64,000 nt of DNA, taken from the NCBI GenBank assembly GCA_028699155.1, contig JAQVVD010000004.1, positions 3,924 through 67,923 on the forward strand. The letters run 5' to 3'. The stretch comes from Candidatus Peribacteraceae bacterium (GTDB taxonomy: Bacteria > Patescibacteriota > Gracilibacteria > Peribacterales > Peribacteraceae). This document shows positions 17,575 through 26,350 of the stretch, piece after piece. The translations under genes were made by a program, and so were the position numbers. Position 1 is the first letter of the stretch, and the number at the start of each line of letters is the position of its first letter. The notes beneath the pieces are model-generated. The model made no database searches. It saw only the letters and a program-made list of their open reading frames with translations, and had not been told where the DNA came from.

Positions 17575-18999
17575 TTAGAGCACTGTCGCTTCATCTGCCG
17601 CCGCCGTTTCGAACACTTGCTCCTTCATCTCGCTCTCACCGGTAAGCGGCTTGGCCTTTTTCCAACCGCTATACGGCAGATAGGCCAGCGTGATCACTGC
17701 AGAAAGCACATTCGTCGCAGCGAACCCCCACCAGATGCCCGCCTCATGGAGAGAGGTGTGCTTCGAAAGTATGTACGCCAGCGGGAATTGAATGACCCAG
17801 AGGGACACTAGGGAAAGCACCATGGAAGCAACCGTATTGCCTGCACCGCGCAGCGCCCCATAGAGCACCTGCTGCAAGCCCATGAAACCGAATGTCAGTG
17901 CGATAATCCGCAGAAACCTGCTCCCCATCTCGATCACTTCCTGATCATCGGGGATGAAGAAGGCGATGGACGGTCGCGCGAAGAGAAAGAAGGCGATGCC
18001 AAGGACAGAGAGGAGCAAGAAGCTGATCGTCGCACTCATTCTTGCTGTCTGGACCGCGCGTTCCCGTTTGCCTGCGCCGATATTCTGTCCGACCAGCGCA
18101 GATGTCGCCATGGAGAATCCCATTGCGGGAATGATAACGAAGCTGAAGATGCGCCCTCCGATCCCGTACGATGCCATCACGACCGTTCCGAAGCTCGCGA
18201 CGAGGAATACCATGACTGCCATTCCAAGCGCACGCATGGATTGCTCAACAGATGCGGGGAACCCCAGGCGCACCATTTGCCAGAGGAGCGGGAAATCCGG
18301 CGTGAAGTCATGCCACTGGAAGTGGATGCCGTAGCGGCCGCTCAGGAGGAAGAGGAGACCGATCACCGTTGCCACGGTCTGGGTTCCTACGGTCGCTATG
18401 GCTGCTCCGGTCACGCCGTACGCAGGCACGGGCCCGTAGCCCATGATGAAGAGCGGATCGAGCAGGAAGTTGAGGATAACGGTAGACAGCACGATGTACA
18501 TGGGAAGCTTCGCGCTCCCAACACCCTGCATGAGTGACTGGAAAACGAAGAAACCGAACATCATCGGCAATCCGATGAAGGAGATGCGCATGTAGGATGT
18601 TGCAGAGGGCAACACGTCCGGCGGAGCGCCCATCAGGCGGAGAATCGGCTCGGAAACGCCGTACCCGAGCAGCGCCAGCGGCAGAGCGATGATCGCAACC
18701 ATGATGATCGTCTGCGTTGCTACGTGATTCACCTGTGCGGTATCCCCCTTCCCCTTGTTCTGCGCGACAAGGATCGTCCCGGCGATGGCAAGGCCTCCGC
18801 CCATGGAAATGAGCAGAAAGATGATCGGGAAACTCAGGGAAACGGAGGCAACGGCGGCCGCACCGACTTTCCCCACCCAGTACGTATCCGTGAACTGGTA
18901 CGCGGTCTGCAGGAGGTTTGAAAGAACAATAGGAAAGGAGAGCGCGAAGAGCACCCGAACGATTGAGCCTTCCGTCAGTGATGGACGTGCTGATCGCAT
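17575..18999 (-). CDS. MATE family efflux transporter
   Basis: 474 aa, 12 TM helices, with a typical MATE N-terminus (LFALSFPIVLSNLLQTAYQFTDTYWVGKVG). Confidence 0.9.
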   Translation of the reverse strand: MRSARPSLTEGSIVRVLFALSFPIVLSNLLQTAYQFTDTYWVGKVGAAAVASVSLSFPIIFLLISMGGGLAIAGTILVAQNKGKGDTAQVNHVATQTIIMVAIIALPLALLGYGVSEPILRLMGAPPDVLPSATSYMRISFIGLPMMFGFFVFQSLMQGVGSAKLPMYIVLSTVILNFLLDPLFIMGYGPVPAYGVTGAAIATVGTQTVATVIGLLFLLSGRYGIHFQWHDFTPDFPLLWQMVRLGFPASVEQSMRALGMAVMVFLVASFGTVVMASYGIGGRIFSFVIIPAMGFSMATSALVGQNIGAGKRERAVQTARMSATISFLLLSVLGIAFFLFARPSIAFFIPDDQEVIEMGSRFLRIIALTFGFMGLQQVLYGALRGAGNTVASMVLSLVSLWVIQFPLAYILSKHTSLHEAGIWWGFAATNVLSAVITLAYLPYSGWKKAKPLTGESEMKEQVFETAAADEATVL

Positions 19000-19125
19000 G
19001 CTTTTTTTCAGTGAATGAGTGCGGATTGTAGCAGAATTCCGATATGAACAAATACGAGTACTTCTGGCATCACGAGAGCCGAAGTGAATGTGTACACAAT
19101 AGTTTACTAACTTAGTTTAATATTG

Positions 19126-19131
19126 TATAAT
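19126..19131 (+). promoter_or_regulatory. putative -10 box TATAAT, 7 nt upstream of GTG at 19139
   Basis: The sequence TTGTATAATATAATTCGTG lies in an AT-rich intergenic region, with no SD. Confidence 0.35.
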
Positions 19132-19138
19132 ATAATTC

Positions 19139-20155
19139 GTGAACATAGAAAAACCACAACTAGATGGAGGGAAGGAACAAGCAGATAAGACACCGGCAAG
19201 CCGAGAAGGAGCACTGCCCCCTCCAGATACGGCACAACAGGTGGAGCAACTGCTCACAGAAAAATTAAGTACGCGTCTTACGCGAGAACTTGCAGGAATT
19301 GCTACGGTTCGGATTCTTGAAGAGCCCAAGAAGGAGGGCGAACGACCGCGGGAGATTCTGCAAATTGATATTACAAATCGCGAGAAATGGCAGTCCCCTG
19401 AATGCCAGCGCAAGTTCCTGCCGCTCATCGGTGTGATTCTCCAGCAAACGTTCTTCCCGGAGAAAGATCCAAATGATTGGACTCCCGACGGATTAGTCCG
19501 AGAATACCACGACTGTGATCCGGATTTCACAGACCGCATTATCCTGCTTACGAATGGACAACGAGTCACGGGGTTTTCGATGGTAAAAAAATGCAACAAT
19601 ACACAAACGGACAATATTCCTGTTGTTGCTCTACAACTTAGATCTGTCGAAGCAGGTAAACGGTACAAAGGCACAGGAGCGCACCTCATTCATTTAATAC
19701 GACAAACATATCCTGATGCAATAATTATTTCCGCTACACATACGCCAGCAGCTGTTACTGCAACAAAACGCCATGCCGATGCGAGTGGAGAGCCTTTCTA
19801 TTTCTGTGGGTATCGCAATGGCGACTCGTCATTAATCAATACCCCAGCAGAGGAACATACCATCACTGAAGCGGAGGAAAGCTATCGGGATATGCTGCGT
19901 GTCGACTACGGCGGTTTGGACGAAGAAGAGCAGAAAGGAATTCCGCCACACTGTGTAAACTATGGAGAAGGTTCAATCTCTTGGACAGATGATCATCAGT
20001 GGAAACCGGGGGATACCAGCCCTATTGCAGCGACATTCAATCAACTGCGAAAATCAGTCTTTGACCAAGGCAGACAACAGGAAGGTATTTATGGAATGGC
20101 TACCGTACTACCAAAAAATTTCCTTACGAAGAAAGTTCCACCACAGGCGGAATAG
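19139..20155 (+). CDS. hypothetical protein (possible GNAT-like fold in the central part)
   Basis: 338 aa with a GTG start. The central segment VALQLRSVEAGKRYKGTGAHLIHLI resembles the R-x-x-G-x-G/A CoA-binding motif. Its 3' end overlaps the convergent decarboxylase gene by 32 bp. Confidence 0.5.
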   Translation: MNIEKPQLDGGKEQADKTPASREGALPPPDTAQQVEQLLTEKLSTRLTRELAGIATVRILEEPKKEGERPREILQIDITNREKWQSPECQRKFLPLIGVILQQTFFPEKDPNDWTPDGLVREYHDCDPDFTDRIILLTNGQRVTGFSMVKKCNNTQTDNIPVVALQLRSVEAGKRYKGTGAHLIHLIRQTYPDAIIISATHTPAAVTATKRHADASGEPFYFCGYRNGDSSLINTPAEEHTITEAEESYRDMLRVDYGGLDEEEQKGIPPHCVNYGEGSISWTDDHQWKPGDTSPIAATFNQLRKSVFDQGRQQEGIYGMATVLPKNFLTKKVPPQAE

Positions 20156-21407
20156 CCCGAATGAAATTCTGCGCAAGCGCATAAGTGTATGCCCCCTGGT
20201 AGGGCAAGCAGATGGTATCGCCTTCTTGCACATCGCTGCAGTGGAGGTAGTACCCCCACAGGTCATCAGGCGTACAGAGGGAACCGTAGAGGAAGAATGG
20301 AACCTCGCGCTCGGCACTGAAATGCGTGAGATTAAAGACGGGTGAGTAGTAGAAGTACTGGTACTTCTCCCAGCCGATCATATTGGTACCGGCATCCGTA
20401 ATCCCCATCCAGTCTTCTTTCTTATCAATGAGCGTCAGCAGAAGATGCATGCTGTTATTGGAGAGGAGCCTCCCCGGCTCTGCGTAGAGTTCTGCGTGTG
20501 GGAATGTGGTGCGCACTGCATCTTGATAGACCGCGGAAACTGCGCTGGCAAAATCCTGCATCGGGATAATCTGCGGCGGAATCACCCGTGGCTTGATGCG
20601 ATCGGCACGAATGTCTTGCAAAACTTTGGCGCTGGCATGCATGCGCTCCAGCTTGTCATTCCACGGATACGTGCATTCAAGCAGATCCTCCGGGTAGAGA
20701 CCTCCCCCCATATCTATGTATGTACATTCTGCACGCTCTTCCGGTGAAAAGTGCTCCCGTGCGTACGCACACACTTCCTGGATCGTGCGGACATATCGAT
20801 CTGGATTCCCATTGAAACTCGTATGGAAGTGCACTCCGGAAAAATCAAGTGATGCGTGCCGCTTCGCGGCATCGTAGAAAGGGCGCAACTGCGTAAGCGG
20901 CTGACCAAACTTGGTCCACCCGTGCTGATGATCGGTCACGACACGCAACCCGCAACGAACCTTCACTCCCCTCTCCTTCGCCATCCTCCCAAGCAATTCA
21001 AGCTCCCGCATGCTTTCCAGGTTCACCGTAATACGTCCCGGGTGGTCTACAACGTACGCGAACTCTTTTTCCGTTTTCGCCGGACCCGTGAGGAGTATCT
21101 GCTCAGCACCTGCAGCAAGCGCAAACGCAAGTTCCCGCGTGCTGGACGCATCCAGGCCACCACCTGCGGAGACAATGGTTTTGAGCAATCCGGCGTATGA
21201 ATTGCTCTTCATGGCAAAGAACGGATGAAGAGTGACGCCTTCGTGCGCGAATGCATCTGTTACTTTCTTATAGCTTGATAGGACCTCCGCCTCTTCGTAC
21301 ACAAAGAGCGGTTCCCCTGGAATTTTTTTCAGAGGAAGCAGTTTCTCCCGGAGCGCGGGAACGCTCTCTAGTCTGCGACGAGCCGCATCTGCAAGTGGCG
21401 ATTTCAT
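20124..21407 (-). CDS. PLP-dependent decarboxylase, Orn/DAP/Arg decarboxylase family (alanine racemase-like fold)
   Basis: PLP-lysine context FFAMKSN, GGGL phosphate-binding loop, EPGR motif, and C-terminal GSLCTPDD. ATG at 21407 forms an ATGA overlap with the upstream stop at 21404-21406. Confidence 0.85.
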   Translation of the reverse strand: MKSPLADAARRRLESVPALREKLLPLKKIPGEPLFVYEEAEVLSSYKKVTDAFAHEGVTLHPFFAMKSNSYAGLLKTIVSAGGGLDASSTRELAFALAAGAEQILLTGPAKTEKEFAYVVDHPGRITVNLESMRELELLGRMAKERGVKVRCGLRVVTDHQHGWTKFGQPLTQLRPFYDAAKRHASLDFSGVHFHTSFNGNPDRYVRTIQEVCAYAREHFSPEERAECTYIDMGGGLYPEDLLECTYPWNDKLERMHASAKVLQDIRADRIKPRVIPPQIIPMQDFASAVSAVYQDAVRTTFPHAELYAEPGRLLSNNSMHLLLTLIDKKEDWMGITDAGTNMIGWEKYQYFYYSPVFNLTHFSAEREVPFFLYGSLCTPDDLWGYYLHCSDVQEGDTICLPYQGAYTYALAQNFIRAIPPVVELSS

Positions 21408-22729
21408 GCGGGATGAGGGGACGGTGCACCAAGGATAGAGCATTCGATCGTTTGAAGCAGCTCCGCCCCATTGGAATTCATAGTCGGGACACCTTTGCCA
21501 TCGATATCGAACAGAGGAAAATTTGTGAAGAGCGCGGCGAGATTATAGAGACACGATACGGGAGAGGTGGCGGGAAGTGCGGCGTAGAAGAGCCCCTCAT
21601 TCTTACCGGAGAAAGCGCCGCGACCGGTTGGCTTCCACGTGCCGTTGCCCCAATGGTAGAACCCGACTGGCGGGATCGTAACATTCTTGTACCCCTTCGG
21701 CATGCGCTGAATCAGATAATCAAACTCAATGTACGATCCTCTGAATACCGTATCGGGGACGGTTGTCAGATTTGCTCCAAGGCGCTTGCCGGCGAGAGCC
21801 CTGCGAAATTCGGCGAAGAAATCGAGTCCGTGCAGTAATTCCGGCTGTACAGCAAGCTCCGGCGTGGAAGAGGACATGCGCGGATTGCATTCGAGTACGA
21901 CCACGGAACGATCTGATGCAATCAGATCGACATTCGCAACTCCACGAAATCCGGCTGTGCGCATTGCATTCGCCAAACGGAGAAGCACATCTTCAATTGT
22001 CCGAATCATTGCGGCGGGCACATCGCAGCGAGGTATCCAATGCACTCCCAGAAACTCTTGCAGTGGCGGTTCCGGTGCAAAACACTGCAACCGAAGCGCG
22101 GAAACAATCGTATCCGCACGCCCGATGAGCAGCGTCACACCGAGTGGCATGCCTTCCGTGAATGCCCTACAGAGGAGGGGCAGATACGCCTGAAACTTCG
22201 CAAGATACGCTTCCAATTCCTGTGCATTGGAGACGACTGTGTGCTCGATCGGGGGAAGAAGTGCAGGATGTTGCAGGACAACCGGAAATACTGATACACC
22301 GGATGCGTCTTCCGGCTTGCGCAGTATCCGTGTCATGGGAGTCGGCAGCCCGTTCCTCTCCAGGAACTTCTGAAAAAAGAGTTTCTCCTCGAATGTCTCC
22401 TGATAGGACCACGCCGTTTGCAGCAGCCTGATGCCATTCTGCCGCGCCCACGATTCTATGAACGGAGATGAGCGGTGTGAAAGGAAAAGTTCATCCGATC
22501 CATTCGCCCTCATCGCATCCAGGATATTCGTATGGCGAATTACCTCCTCGTCGTTTGAGAAAAGGTCCAAAGGCTTGTCTGCATCCAAAAAACATACCTG
22601 AACCTGCGGGAAATGCTCGCGTACAAACATGGCACTCACGCTCTTTTCTGTCGTGAGGAACAGCACATGCTCTGCGGCTTCTTTGGAAAAGAGGCATTCT
22701 ATCCCGTCAATGCACGCAATGCGTTTCAT
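21404..22729 (-). CDS. ATP-grasp domain protein (carboxylate-amine ligase type)
   Basis: 441 aa with the ATP-grasp hallmark FRGVANVDLI...VVVLECNPRMSS and a K-x-x-F-x-x-F-L...G-x-P-x-P segment (EKLFFQKFLERNGLPTP). ATGA overlap with the upstream gene. Confidence 0.75.
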   Translation of the reverse strand: MKRIACIDGIECLFSKEAAEHVLFLTTEKSVSAMFVREHFPQVQVCFLDADKPLDLFSNDEEVIRHTNILDAMRANGSDELFLSHRSSPFIESWARQNGIRLLQTAWSYQETFEEKLFFQKFLERNGLPTPMTRILRKPEDASGVSVFPVVLQHPALLPPIEHTVVSNAQELEAYLAKFQAYLPLLCRAFTEGMPLGVTLLIGRADTIVSALRLQCFAPEPPLQEFLGVHWIPRCDVPAAMIRTIEDVLLRLANAMRTAGFRGVANVDLIASDRSVVVLECNPRMSSSTPELAVQPELLHGLDFFAEFRRALAGKRLGANLTTVPDTVFRGSYIEFDYLIQRMPKGYKNVTIPPVGFYHWGNGTWKPTGRGAFSGKNEGLFYAALPATSPVSCLYNLAALFTNFPLFDIDGKGVPTMNSNGAELLQTIECSILGAPSPHPA

Positions 22730-23859
22730 GAGGTTTTTTGTGGTTGTTCGAAATAGTCGCAGACCACATTTGCGATACGCGTGACATCGGATTCTTCCAT
22801 GGACGGGGTAAGCGGAAGAACCATGATAGACGAGCCGAAGGTACGCAGGTCTTCCGGAAGTTCTTGCACGCCGCTTAAGTCCCAGAGCTGATCAAGCAGA
22901 ACATGCCGCTTCGCGGCATACATCACCAATTCATGTGCGGAAGCCAACGGTACGGAAATGAAATAGTAACAAACTTGTCCGCGGGCAACCGGGGAAAGAT
23001 CGTAGAAACGCATGCCCTTCGGACTTCGGCGACACAACACTTCATCATACGCCCCCCACAGGGCTGCGCGTTTCTCCGCAATGCGCTCATAGCGAAGGTG
23101 CTCGTAGAGCATACGATCCCATGGGAATGCGGCATGGGGAACAGTGGAAATTCCAATGGCATCGTTATGCAGCAAAAATACCCGCTCTGATGCATGCGCT
23201 AACCATGTGATGCCTGTAAGGCGATGCATCCGTAAAATCCACTGCTTCAGGAAAAATAGCAAAGAAGCCTTGATGCTGTACCAACTGATGCATCTGATGC
23301 GCCTGGCATCTACAGAAAACCCCGGCGGGCAAACGAGATGGGAAACCATGTACGGGGTACATTTCCGTGCACTGTCGATGTAAAAATGGTTCGGATGCAA
23401 AACAGTCAGCGGATGGAGGGGGAGAAGGGAGTGTGCCATGTCACTGATGAGCAGCGCGTCCCCGCGCAGAAAACGCACCCAATCCGTCTTCTTGTGCAAC
23501 AGCGTTTCTTTCCCCAGTACATTGTAAATCAGGACAACCCGCGGATGTTCCGACTGTAGTTTCTGCATAAAATCCACCGGATCGGCATCGAGTGTTTCCG
23601 GATCGATCTTGTAGAACGCCAGGTTGAAATGTCGGCGAAAATATTCGGATGTTTCCTGGCAGTACAATGAAGGAAGAAGCAGGGTTTCCTTCTGGAATGC
23701 GAAGTGCTGAACCAAGTATCCAAACGCATCTACGAACGAAAGGAAGGACACTATGCGCCGTCCGGGCATTTTGCTCTGACGCCGCAGCCTATAGAAGCGC
23801 AGCGGGAATAGATACGTTGCAGTCAGGACAATCCTTGGCATAGTTTCAGAGGGATACAC
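22726..23859 (-). CDS. DegT/DnrJ/EryC1-like PLP-dependent enzyme (aminotransferase fold), tentative
   Basis: The segments LLLPSLYCQETSEYF...FYKIDPETLDADP...VVLIYNVLG...LLISDMAHSL follow the layout of the DegT family. The lysine motif is not clear. The start is uncertain (23859, 23841 or 23769). Confidence 0.5.
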   Translation of the reverse strand: MYPSETMPRIVLTATYLFPLRFYRLRRQSKMPGRRIVSFLSFVDAFGYLVQHFAFQKETLLLPSLYCQETSEYFRRHFNLAFYKIDPETLDADPVDFMQKLQSEHPRVVLIYNVLGKETLLHKKTDWVRFLRGDALLISDMAHSLLPLHPLTVLHPNHFYIDSARKCTPYMVSHLVCPPGFSVDARRIRCISWYSIKASLLFFLKQWILRMHRLTGITWLAHASERVFLLHNDAIGISTVPHAAFPWDRMLYEHLRYERIAEKRAALWGAYDEVLCRRSPKGMRFYDLSPVARGQVCYYFISVPLASAHELVMYAAKRHVLLDQLWDLSGVQELPEDLRTFGSSIMVLPLTPSMEESDVTRIANVVCDYFEQPQKTS

Positions 23860-24919
23860 GGAGAGGATACCCTACTGAGATGTATCCGTCCTGGACGCGG
23901 AATCCGCCGGTGGCAGGATCATCGTCAAAATCCATATTTCCGCTGTCGATATCTGCAACATCGACCTCAAATGCGAGCGCAATATGTGCCGCGGTTGTCA
24001 GGGAAACATTCGACTCGTACATGCAGCCGATAAGAACGATCTTATCGTGTTCTTTCGCATAGCGAATGATGCGCTCCGCATTCAATAAGCCGCCGCACTT
24101 CATGAGTTTCACATTCACACCTGCTGCGTAGTCCCCATCGAGAAGTTGTTTGACGCCTGCGAAACGCACTGCTGCTTCATCTGCGACAACGGGGATACTC
24201 TGCATATGGTGGAGCGTGCGCAATCCCTCGAGATCTGCTGCCGAAACGGGCTGTTCAATCAGCACTATGCCTGAATCTTTTAACGCATTCAGGCATTCCA
24301 CTGCTTCAGCCATTGCATACCCCTGATTTGCATCGAGAAGCAAGGAGCCGTCTGGGGGGAGAAGGGCGAGAGACTTCTGTATCTTGCGCAAATCCGTAGC
24401 CAAATCCGTACCGCACTTCATCTTGATTGACCGAAACCCCTCGTCTAAACGGCGCCGTACTTCCTCTGCCGTCGCTCTCTCCTCCAGAATTCCGATGGTC
24501 ACTGTTGCGGGGCACGCGGAACGTATGGGAGGCAATACATCCGTAAAAGACAACAAATTCTGCTGGAGAAGCAATGAGCATAGTGCTTCCTCAGCAGCGG
24601 ATTGTGCAGATGGGGAATCTGCAAATGCCTCTTCGAGGTATGCGTGCACTCCATAGAGAGATCCGGGAGTTGCCAATGCCTCAGAATGTAAACGTTCTTG
24701 GAGGCTCTCCAAAGCCATTTCCAGCGTTTCACCAGTGACCTCCGGATCAGGTGACCCCGACCCGATGCCGACTCTGCCTTCCACATCGCACAGACGAACG
24801 AAAACAACATCCGCCGTCTCCACCGTTTCATACGCGATGGAAAACGGTTCGCGAAAATGCATGGTATGCCTATGAACCTGTATATCCTCTACCGGAGCAA
24901 GGAAAGGAAGGTCACGCAT
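23846..24919 (-). CDS. enolase-superfamily dipeptide epimerase (L-Ala-D/L-Glu epimerase / MLE subgroup)
   Basis: KxK motif (SIKMKCG), metal ligands in LLLDANQGY, LIEQPV and VVADEA, and a second catalytic Lys in VNVKLMKCGG. I moved the start to ATG at 24919 (MRDLPFLAPVEDIQV). Confidence 0.85.
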   Translation of the reverse strand: MRDLPFLAPVEDIQVHRHTMHFREPFSIAYETVETADVVFVRLCDVEGRVGIGSGSPDPEVTGETLEMALESLQERLHSEALATPGSLYGVHAYLEEAFADSPSAQSAAEEALCSLLLQQNLLSFTDVLPPIRSACPATVTIGILEERATAEEVRRRLDEGFRSIKMKCGTDLATDLRKIQKSLALLPPDGSLLLDANQGYAMAEAVECLNALKDSGIVLIEQPVSAADLEGLRTLHHMQSIPVVADEAAVRFAGVKQLLDGDYAAGVNVKLMKCGGLLNAERIIRYAKEHDKIVLIGCMYESNVSLTTAAHIALAFEVDVADIDSGNMDFDDDPATGGFRVQDGYISVGYPLRVSL

Positions 24920-26309
24920 CGAGAGCCTGGAAGTCTTCAAGTTCCTCGGAAAAAATGGATTGTAACCGAGGCAGAATTTCCTCAGGGAGGTTCGGCGAGG
25001 CATTCACGCCAAGATACTGACGCCTCAGACGCTTCTCTTCTTTCTCGATCTTTGGTTGCACCTCCCTGACAAAGCGTTCAATACTTGCTCCTTTCTGGTT
25101 CATGCGCTTCGCAAGTAAGAAGGCCAGCCCAAGCTCTTCCTGCGAACCGTATACCGGATTCTGGGGATCGTACTCAAAGAACGTTTTGTAGATGTCAGCA
25201 TGTTGCTCCGCAAAAAGATTTTTGGAAAAACCGATCTGCTTGGCATCCACACCACAACCCGCACACAGTGCATAGATATATCCGCACTTCGTGCATTTCT
25301 GGCACCAACGGGAATGCTCCGCCGCGGAGGAATCCGCCATGCATGACATTTGGTATGTACCAATTCTCGGGTAGCGATGATGGAGGATGGCAGTGATGGC
25401 AAGCTCATAGAGCGGCTCCATTAAACTGATGACTTCTATTTTCCTGCCAAGGAGCAACGTTGCCAGCAACGTCTGCTGCGAGAGCCAGTTGCTATGCTGA
25501 TCATATCCCGCCTTGTAAGTGCGCACTCCTTCCCGGTCGATGAAGATGTCATTGCAGGACTGCTCGTTCCCCGGGAACGTGTACTGCGCGTTGAGCGCAT
25601 ATGCAAAGGGAAGCGTAAGCAGTGCTGCGTACTCGGTTGTATGCAGTCCCCAGCCCAACTCCGTTTTGAGACCCCAGTACGTCCCGTAACGAAAGATGCC
25701 GGGGCCGAACTCAACGACGTGTATCGTCGTACCGAATTCCTTCTGGAATTTCTCGATCAGCCCTTTCTTATGCTCATACTCAAACATGTGGGACGGCTCG
25801 ATGAAGAGCACCGGAATCGGCTCCATCCCCAACTCCCGGCTGAGAGCAAAACTGAGCAGGCTCTCTTTCCCGAACGAAAACGGGATGATCGCACGAACAG
25901 GCGTATCTTTTCGTTTGATGAAATCGACCGAAGCGGGCGTTGCGATTTTGTTATTCGCAAATGACCAATTCGTATTGAAGAAATCCTTTATGTACGCAAG
26001 AGAGGATGCTTCATCCGATTGTGCGGAAGACGGCATATCATAGATGCCATTCTTGAAGAGGAATGTTTCCGCTGCCGGGCGGTTGGTGCGCATCTGCACG
26101 GTACGAACACCGAGCATCTGCGGCAGAAAAAGCGTGGTGCTATACGCCAGGTTGTCGCGGAGTATCTCCTTACGATCCTGCGGGTACTGTTCCCAGATTC
26201 CAGGAGGGTAGCGAATGGGAAACGCCTCCTCATTCACCAGGATATCTATCCCCTCGTCGGTGATACGTGCGTCGATTGTGAGCGATGTAGGGATCGGATG
26301 CGCAGCCAT
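24912..26309 (-). CDS. PP-loop-like (adenine nucleotide alpha-hydrolase-like) protein with a C-terminal Cys cluster, function unknown
   Basis: 465 aa. IIPFSFGKESLLSF resembles the SGGKDS PP-loop, and the Cys cluster is WCQKCTKCGYIYALCAGCG. The family assignment is tentative. Confidence 0.55.
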   Translation of the reverse strand: MAAHPIPTSLTIDARITDEGIDILVNEEAFPIRYPPGIWEQYPQDRKEILRDNLAYSTTLFLPQMLGVRTVQMRTNRPAAETFLFKNGIYDMPSSAQSDEASSLAYIKDFFNTNWSFANNKIATPASVDFIKRKDTPVRAIIPFSFGKESLLSFALSRELGMEPIPVLFIEPSHMFEYEHKKGLIEKFQKEFGTTIHVVEFGPGIFRYGTYWGLKTELGWGLHTTEYAALLTLPFAYALNAQYTFPGNEQSCNDIFIDREGVRTYKAGYDQHSNWLSQQTLLATLLLGRKIEVISLMEPLYELAITAILHHRYPRIGTYQMSCMADSSAAEHSRWCQKCTKCGYIYALCAGCGVDAKQIGFSKNLFAEQHADIYKTFFEYDPQNPVYGSQEELGLAFLLAKRMNQKGASIERFVREVQPKIEKEEKRLRRQYLGVNASPNLPEEILPRLQSIFSEELEDFQALDA

Positions 26310-26350
26310 GTCTCAAGCACAGGGAGAAGGATAGAAGCAGCGGATGAACA

